From: Ignavibacteriota bacterium
GTDB lineage: Bacteria; Bacteroidota; Ignavibacteria; UBA10030; CAVZMI01
Direction: 5' to 3'
Length of the DNA stretch: 64,000 nucleotides
Assembly: GCA_963835935.1 (NCBI GenBank)
Contig: CAWIHK010000002.1
Span: forward strand, 804,108-868,107
Part shown: positions 59,319-64,000 of the stretch, one piece after another
How the letters are laid out: each line of letters starts with the position of its first letter
How positions within the stretch are numbered: position 1 is the first letter of the stretch
Notes under the pieces: generated by a model
Database searches by the model: none
The model's input: only the letters and a program-made list of their open reading frames with translations
What the model was told of the DNA's origin: nothing
Translations under genes and position numbers: made by a program

Positions 59319-60428
59319 ATGACGACACCAGCAAAATTACAACGCATCGGAATATTGACAGGCGGAGGCGATTGCCCCGGCTTGAATGCAGTTATTCGCA
59401 GTGTAGCAAAACCTGCGATGAATAATTTCAACGCACAGGTCATCGGCGTTGAAGACGGATTTGAAGGATTGGTTGAAGGAAAAATGAGGGAACTATCGAA
59501 TGCCGATGTCTCCGGCATCATCAGCCTCGGCGGAACAATCCTCGGTACTTCAAATAAAGGCGATCCGTTTCATTATCCGATGGAAATTGCGAACGGTGAA
59601 ATCAAAATCGTCGATGCCTCACAATGGGCGCTGAAACATTACAAGGACTGGCATCTTGATGCGCTCGTCGCGATTGGAGGAGATGGAACGATGACGATCG
59701 CGCAGAAATTATTTGAGTTGGGTATGAATGTTGTCGGTGTTCCGAAAACAATCGACAACGATCTCGAAGCAACCGATGTGACATTCGGTTACGACTCTGC
59801 GCTCTTCGTTGCAACCGAAGCGATCGATCGACTGCATACCACGGCATCTTCGCATCATCGGGTGATGGTGATTGAAGTGATGGGACGATACGCGGGATGG
59901 ATTGCGCTCGGCGCCGGATTGGCAGGCGGAGCAGATATTATTTTAATTCCGGAGATTCCATTTTCCTGGGATGTTGTTTTTCAGAAAGTTGTTCACCGCA
60001 GTAAGCACGGAAAGCGGTTTAGCATTGTGTGTGTGGCCGAAGGTGCAAAGCCTGCCGGCGGCGATTTAGTTGTGAAAGCCATGGATGAACGCCGGACAGA
60101 CGCGAAACAATTAGGCGGCATCGGCGATTTAGTCGCAAAAAAAATTACAGAAGGAACCGAACTTGAAACGCGCGTTACTGTACTCGGTCATCTTCAGCGC
60201 GGAGGAAGTCCGACAGCGTATGATCGAATTCTTGCGACCCGGTTTGGCGCAACAGCATGCAAGCTTGCCGGAGAAGGAGATTTCGGCAAGATGGTTGCGT
60301 TGCAGGGACGCGACATCATCGCCGTTCCGATTAAAGAAGCTATTGCGCATCAGAAGCTCGTCCAGTCCGATTCCCAAATAGTTATTGCTGCACGAGCGGT
60401 AGGAACGTGCTTTGGAGATAAAAGTTAA
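59319..60428 (+). CDS. pfkA: 6-phosphofructokinase.
   Basis: GILTGGGDCPGLNAVIR, GGDGT and PKTIDND motifs. Confidence 0.9.
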   Translation: MTTPAKLQRIGILTGGGDCPGLNAVIRSVAKPAMNNFNAQVIGVEDGFEGLVEGKMRELSNADVSGIISLGGTILGTSNKGDPFHYPMEIANGEIKIVDASQWALKHYKDWHLDALVAIGGDGTMTIAQKLFELGMNVVGVPKTIDNDLEATDVTFGYDSALFVATEAIDRLHTTASSHHRVMVIEVMGRYAGWIALGAGLAGGADIILIPEIPFSWDVVFQKVVHRSKHGKRFSIVCVAEGAKPAGGDLVVKAMDERRTDAKQLGGIGDLVAKKITEGTELETRVTVLGHLQRGGSPTAYDRILATRFGATACKLAGEGDFGKMVALQGRDIIAVPIKEAIAHQKLVQSDSQIVIAARAVGTCFGDKS

Positions 60429-60478
60429 AAAATTCACGCTGAAAAAATCTATTAAACGATAAGTAATATAAAATATTT

Positions 60479-60577
60479 CTTTGTGTTCTTCATAGAAAGC
60501 CATTTATTCTCTGTGTACTTTGTGGTTAACCACAAAGATCGCAAAGGTGAGTTGGCAATCTATGAAGGACACAAAGG
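60479..60577. promoter_or_regulatory. Nested palindromic element: perfect 20-bp palindrome CTTTGTGGTTAACCACAAAG (60518-60537) flanked by a 22-bp inverted repeat (60479-60501 / 60554-60577). Terminator or operator candidate downstream of pfk.
   Basis: Read directly. The CACAAAG/CTTTGTG motif occurs 4 times in alternating orientation. Confidence 0.5.
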
Positions 60578-60638
60578 TTTTTCAGCAAGAACTAAATAGT
60601 TCAGAGTTCTACGGATATTATTCTGAGAGAATATATTA

Positions 60639-60750
60639 AATTTCGGATTTCGCATTGTTGATTTCGGATTTATTCGCCGAAGTCATGCTTTCATGGCGCA
60701 GGCAGATTTCGGACCTGTTCGCCGGAGTTATGCTCTCATGACGTAGGCGA
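60639..60750. repeat. Two tandem about 45-bp imperfect repeats (GATTTCGGA...TTCGCCG(A/G)AGT(C/T)ATGCT(T/C)TCATG(G/A)CG(C/T)AGGC) plus a partial third unit.
   Basis: Read directly. Confidence 0.6.
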
Positions 60751-60857
60751 ATTTTTAACTATAACAATGCAATGCGGCTATCCAAACAAAATGCATAACA
60801 ACGACACGAGTGTAGTACTTCCGCTAGTTTAGATGAAATTGCGCCAAAGGAGGATTC

Positions 60858-61619
60858 ATGCTGTCATTCTGGTTCATCGTTTCCATTTGCGGCATAGGTG
60901 GACAATTCCTCATCGACTATCTCATAAAAAAGAAGCGGCAGAAATTCATCGCTGGGATCATCGTGATGGCATTCACCATTCTGGCCCTCGCACTCAACAC
61001 AATGGATCAATCGAAGGAAACAGGCAAAACATCTGTTCAACTCTCTGAAATCAAGTTGCAGAACCAGGAGCTACAGAAAAAGCTCATAGGTCGCGACAGT
61101 GCCATCGCAGCGATTCGTAGTCAATACGATTCGATACGATTCCAGAATGGCGCTCTCCAGACTTCTCTAGCAAATATCAGCAAACAACAGGCCGAGGCAA
61201 AATCACTCGGCCAGAAGACGGTTGAAGAGGTAGATAGAAGCCGGGCTGCCATCGAATCAATTCGTCAGAAAACAGGGATTCGGTCCATCTCGAGCGAGGC
61301 CAGAGCCCGTATGATTCAGATCCTAGCACCTGGAAGGGGAAAAGTGTCTGTGTCCTCTGTAGCAAACAATCCTGAGGCATATTCTCTGAAAGTTGCTTTG
61401 ATCGATATTCTTAAGACGGCTGGTTGGAATGTGAGGGAAGGCTCGGCATACTTCACGATGCCCCCGCGCATTGGCATTACGATTATCGTCAAGAACGCTA
61501 GCTATCCTAAGCGGGCCGAACTGATTACGGAATGCCTTAACTTATGTAATCTCAAGTGGTCAAGCCAATTTGACGACAAATTGCTGGACGATGATATTTC
61601 AGTGATGGTCGACCACTAA
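60858..61619 (+). CDS. Hypothetical membrane/coiled-coil protein. Noticeably higher GC than the flanks.
   Basis: Two N-terminal hydrophobic segments. RBS AAAGGAGGA upstream. Confidence 0.45.
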   Translation: MLSFWFIVSICGIGGQFLIDYLIKKKRQKFIAGIIVMAFTILALALNTMDQSKETGKTSVQLSEIKLQNQELQKKLIGRDSAIAAIRSQYDSIRFQNGALQTSLANISKQQAEAKSLGQKTVEEVDRSRAAIESIRQKTGIRSISSEARARMIQILAPGRGKVSVSSVANNPEAYSLKVALIDILKTAGWNVREGSAYFTMPPRIGITIIVKNASYPKRAELITECLNLCNLKWSSQFDDKLLDDDISVMVDH

Positions 61620-61671
61620 ACAATGGAATGGCTTAGCCCCGTGGCCTTTGGCGCAGCTTCACCTAACAAAC

Positions 61672-61811
61672 GGCAACACGCGGCGCTCGCACACTGGATA
61701 GGCAGTATTGAAACAAGGATTGGCTAGATGTAAAGTGCTCGCTCCATTGCTCGCCGCCCCGAACCAACGGAACGTCAGTTCAATATCGGCGGCTCGCAAC
61801 GGCGTGTTGCC
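61672..61811. repeat. GC-rich about 140-bp element bounded by a perfect 10-bp inverted repeat (GGCAACACGC / GCGTGTTGCC).
   Basis: Read directly. GC-rich in an AT-rich context. Preceded by ACCTAAC (RYYYAAC-like). Confidence 0.5.
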
Positions 61812-61952
61812 TAAACGTTATGCGCCATTCGCTGAGAAAAATCATAAGAAATGGTAATCAATGAAGTATGCAATACTACTACCTATGTTTATGAGTATTT
61901 TCAGTGCAAGGCTGCCAAGAAATATCGCCAATACAATTTCAAGGAAAAATAA

Positions 61953-62414
61953 ATGATTCTTACAAGTATTCTTACTTTTCTCGGTCGCCAATGGGGTAAT
62001 ATTTTTGTTGATTTGAATAAAGCCAAGGGGCAGGAAGCTAGAGCCGCATATCTGGAGTTTGTAAAAGCGTTTACTCCCTTCATCAGTCATTTGGAAAAGG
62101 ATGATGTTAACCTTAATAACTTGATTGTTGAGGAATTTATCAAACATGATTTGGCAAGACGTAACTTTATTGGGTATCTCAAGGGATCTCGCAGAAAGAG
62201 GTTTGACACCAAATGGTTGGAATACAAAAAACATTATAACCAGGTACAAAAACTTGAATCTGAATATAGAAAAGCAAATACGTCTTTCGACAAAGAGATA
62301 ATTGAGGCATACACAAAAATGAAAGATGAAATGTGGGAAAGGCAAGACGATAGAAGAAAAGATCTTCTTAATATAATCCAGAAGTTGCTTGAGATTACAG
62401 AAAGGAAACTTTAA
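61953..62414 (+). CDS. Hypothetical protein (153 aa, AT-rich). The overlapping antisense ORF 61842..62555 is judged spurious.
   Basis: RBS AAGGAAAAATAAATG. Lys/Glu-rich composition consistent with the AT-rich codon usage. Confidence 0.45.
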   Translation: MILTSILTFLGRQWGNIFVDLNKAKGQEARAAYLEFVKAFTPFISHLEKDDVNLNNLIVEEFIKHDLARRNFIGYLKGSRRKRFDTKWLEYKKHYNQVQKLESEYRKANTSFDKEIIEAYTKMKDEMWERQDDRRKDLLNIIQKLLEITERKL

Positions 62415-62451
62415 TTCGTGGTTATTCCACACACGCGAACGGCACATATCA

Positions 62452-62672
62452 CTTTCTAAAAGCTCAAAGTCCCCGTCATCCCTAGACCGTTCGACAGGCC
62501 TCGACGGCTCGACTGAGCGACTCGACCGAGCTCGTCGAGGTCTCGCCGAAGTCAAGCTCGGCCCAAGTACTCACGGCAGGCAAGCTTGGGAACCGGAACG
62601 ACGGGACTCGCACAAAATGCTCGCAAGAGAAGAAAGTATTCCTGAATCACTGTGATAACAGCGACGAACATT
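62452..62672 (+). repeat. GC-rich structured repeat element, copy 1 (about 220 bp). Terminal pairing AGTCCCCGTC/GACGGGACT enclosing three internal stem-loops.
   Basis: About 95% identical (by eye) to 63179-63399. Compensatory-looking differences. Internal 13-bp, 5-bp and 6-bp stems read from the sequence. Confidence 0.8.
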
Positions 62673-62795
62673 GCGTCGCTTACAGAAATAGATGAGTTAT
62701 CAAGAGTTCGTGGTGTAAAAAATATATAGAAAATAAATAATACCAATTAAAAAATATATTTTTTAAAATTGAATTACTTTTATAGGAGTTGAATT

Positions 62796-63161
62796 ATGAA
62801 CTATAATGCAATCGATATTAATGAAAAATTTGAATCATTTAACGATCATTGGTCACCAAAAATTATTGGAAGTCTGAACAACTATTATATCAAATTAGCC
62901 AAAATTGAAGGTCATTTTACATGGCATAAACATGAAGATACAGATGAAATATTTATAGTTAATAGAGGAAGTATGAGAATAGATTTTAGAGATGGAAATG
63001 TAGAATTAAAACAAGGTCAAATGTTCATAGTAGAAAAAGGGAAAGAACATAAACCATATGCCGAAAAAGAATGTGAAATAATGATATTTGAACCTAATAC
63101 CACACTAAATACTGGAGATGTTAAAGATTCATTTACAAAAGAGAAATTAGAATGGATTTGA
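62796..63161 (+). CDS. Small cupin-fold protein (121 aa), extremely AT-rich.
   Basis: Cupin-like beta motif (GHFTWHKHEDTDEIFIVNRGSM...GQMFIVEKGKEHKP). RBS AGGAG upstream. Confidence 0.55.
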   Translation: MNYNAIDINEKFESFNDHWSPKIIGSLNNYYIKLAKIEGHFTWHKHEDTDEIFIVNRGSMRIDFRDGNVELKQGQMFIVEKGKEHKPYAEKECEIMIFEPNTTLNTGDVKDSFTKEKLEWI

Positions 63162-63178
63162 AATGTTGTATAATACTT

Positions 63179-63399
63179 TATAAAAGCTCAAAGTCCCCGT
63201 TCTCCCTCGACCGTTCGACAGGCCTCGACGGCTCGACTGAGCGACTCGACCGAGCTCGTCGAGGTCTCGCCGAAGTCAAGCTCGGCCCAAGTACTCACGG
63301 CAGGCAAGCTTGGGAACCGGAGCGGCGGGACTCACATAAAACGATCGCAAGAGAAAAAAGTATTCCTGAGTCACTGTGATAACAGCGACGAGCGCATAT
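63179..63399 (+). repeat. GC-rich structured repeat element, copy 2.
   Basis: See copy 1. Confidence 0.8.
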
Positions 63400-63476
63400 C
63401 ACGCGTAAAACTGGCGCTCACTTATTTGGCAGAAGTTTGAAATTTTAAAAACAATCAAACGCAGGAGATATCGCAA

Positions 63477-64000
63477 TGAAGAACACTTTTCTTTGTTTAC
63501 TATCTATTTTTCTCGCTCAGTTCTTATTTTCTCAAACGATGACGGTACATACTAAAAGTGGCCAGGATACATATCAGCTTAGCCAAGTCGACAGCATTAC
63601 ATTCATGAGCGCGAGTCCAGTCGATACTGTTGCCGGAGGGAGTTACCTGTATATCGCATGTGAAAAAAGCAATTATGTATTGCAGTACAAAATGGATGGT
63701 TCGGGCACGATTAAAAAAATAGGTTCAGGGTTTCAGGGTGCTGCATCTCTCGCTATCAACCCGATCACGAATGAATTGTTTTTATCGGACGACGATGGAT
63801 CGCCGGGAGTGTATGTTGTGCATTCCAATCAAAGTGTTGCGGGTGTTGGCGCAAACGGTAATTTTTCCAATCCCAATGGATTGGCCTTTGATAATCAGAA
63901 TAATTTACTTGTGGCCGATGCGGGCAGTTCGATCTTACGATATAACCTGACTCAAAATCAGAACACGACTATAGCAACTGGATTTTCCATTCCTCAGGGA
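63477..64000 (+). CDS. Secreted NHL/SMP-30-like beta-propeller protein, 5' part. Continues past the window end.
   Basis: RBS AGGAGA. Signal peptide MKNTFLCLLSIFLAQFLFSQ. Open frame to position 64000 (verified by manual translation). Repeated NPNGLAFDNQNNLLVADAGS-type NHL motifs. Confidence 0.55.

Noticed and set aside
61842-62555. 237-aa minus-strand ORF (MTSARPRRARSSRS...).
   Set aside because: Its N-terminal part is the reverse translation of the GC-rich structured repeat and the rest is antisense to the better-supported + strand gene 61953..62414. It has no RBS.
62452-62672. Retron msr/msd interpretation of the structured repeats (terminal a1/a2-like inverted repeats).
   Set aside because: No reverse transcriptase gene is adjacent. 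The only RT in the window is the group II intron IEP about 48 kb away, and the downstream genes are a cupin and a beta-propeller.
62389-63379. ORFs 62389..62655 and 63152..63379 encoding ...SSKSPSSLDRSTGLDGSTERLDRARRGLAEVKLGPSTHGRQAWEPERRDSHK....
   Set aside because: These lie entirely within the two GC-rich structured repeats. The sequence has strong hairpin potential and no start or RBS context. It is interpreted as non-coding repeat/RNA, not protein.
63738-63950. 70-aa + strand ORF (MLHLSLSTRSRMNCFY...).
   Set aside because: It lies in an alternative frame inside the longer signal-peptide-bearing ORF starting at 63477, which has an RBS and NHL-repeat features.

Overview
This is a 64 kb AT-rich (roughly 40% GC by eye) bacterial chromosomal segment that is densely coding on both strands. 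Three secreted proteins end in a type IX secretion (T9SS) type-A C-terminal sorting domain (QNYPNPFNPST...K-x-hydrophobic-hydrophobic-hydrophobic-K stop), and there is a SusC-like TonB-dependent receptor followed by a DUF4249 lipoprotein, so the source is probably Bacteroidota/Ignavibacteriota/Chlorobi-like (FCB group). Left part (1-13 kb): two tandem paralogous secreted proteins, a REC-histidine kinase fusion, aat, two SDR oxidoreductases, a family-5-like uracil-DNA glycosylase, an alpha/beta hydrolase, an M19 dipeptidase and a SAM methyltransferase. 13.3-15.3 kb: a complete bacterial group II intron (IEP with RT 0-7 plus X domain, no endonuclease domain; domain V recognisable) inserted right at the stop codon of a 2028-aa T9SS cargo gene (M6/InhA-like metalloprotease domain + about 8 BNR/Ycf48-like propeller repeats + 6 InlB-B-type repeats of which four are near-identical at DNA level + T9SS tail). 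22-34 kb: hypC and hypD (hydrogenase maturation) are split by an about 8.5 kb insert bounded by two HEPN/MNT toxin-antitoxin pairs and carrying a TetR-regulated LolCDE-like ABC transporter (two FtsX permeases, ATPase, LolA-like protein), a beta-barrel OMP candidate, a methyltransferase and a four-helix-bundle protein. 36.4-38 kb: a translationally coupled operon of a membrane protein, two paralogous stand-alone sigma-70 region-4-like HTH mini-proteins and a HEPN (Rx4-6H) protein, a candidate uncharacterised toxin/defence module. Further right: a DUF5703-like glycoside hydrolase, a T9SS-tagged MBL-fold hydrolase, an AraC regulator, and an ECF sigma / small membrane protein / TonB-dependent receptor (interrupted by one in-frame TGA) / DUF4249 unit. 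Then an orphan cas6 with no CRISPR array and no other cas genes in the window, a GT4 glycosyltransferase, a GH20-like hydrolase, tsaC and pfk. The last about 3.5 kb is a compositionally mosaic region of small same-strand hypothetical genes separated by GC-rich, highly structured repeat elements (two about 220-bp copies at about 95% identity, estimated by eye). No rRNA, tRNA or CRISPR array was found.
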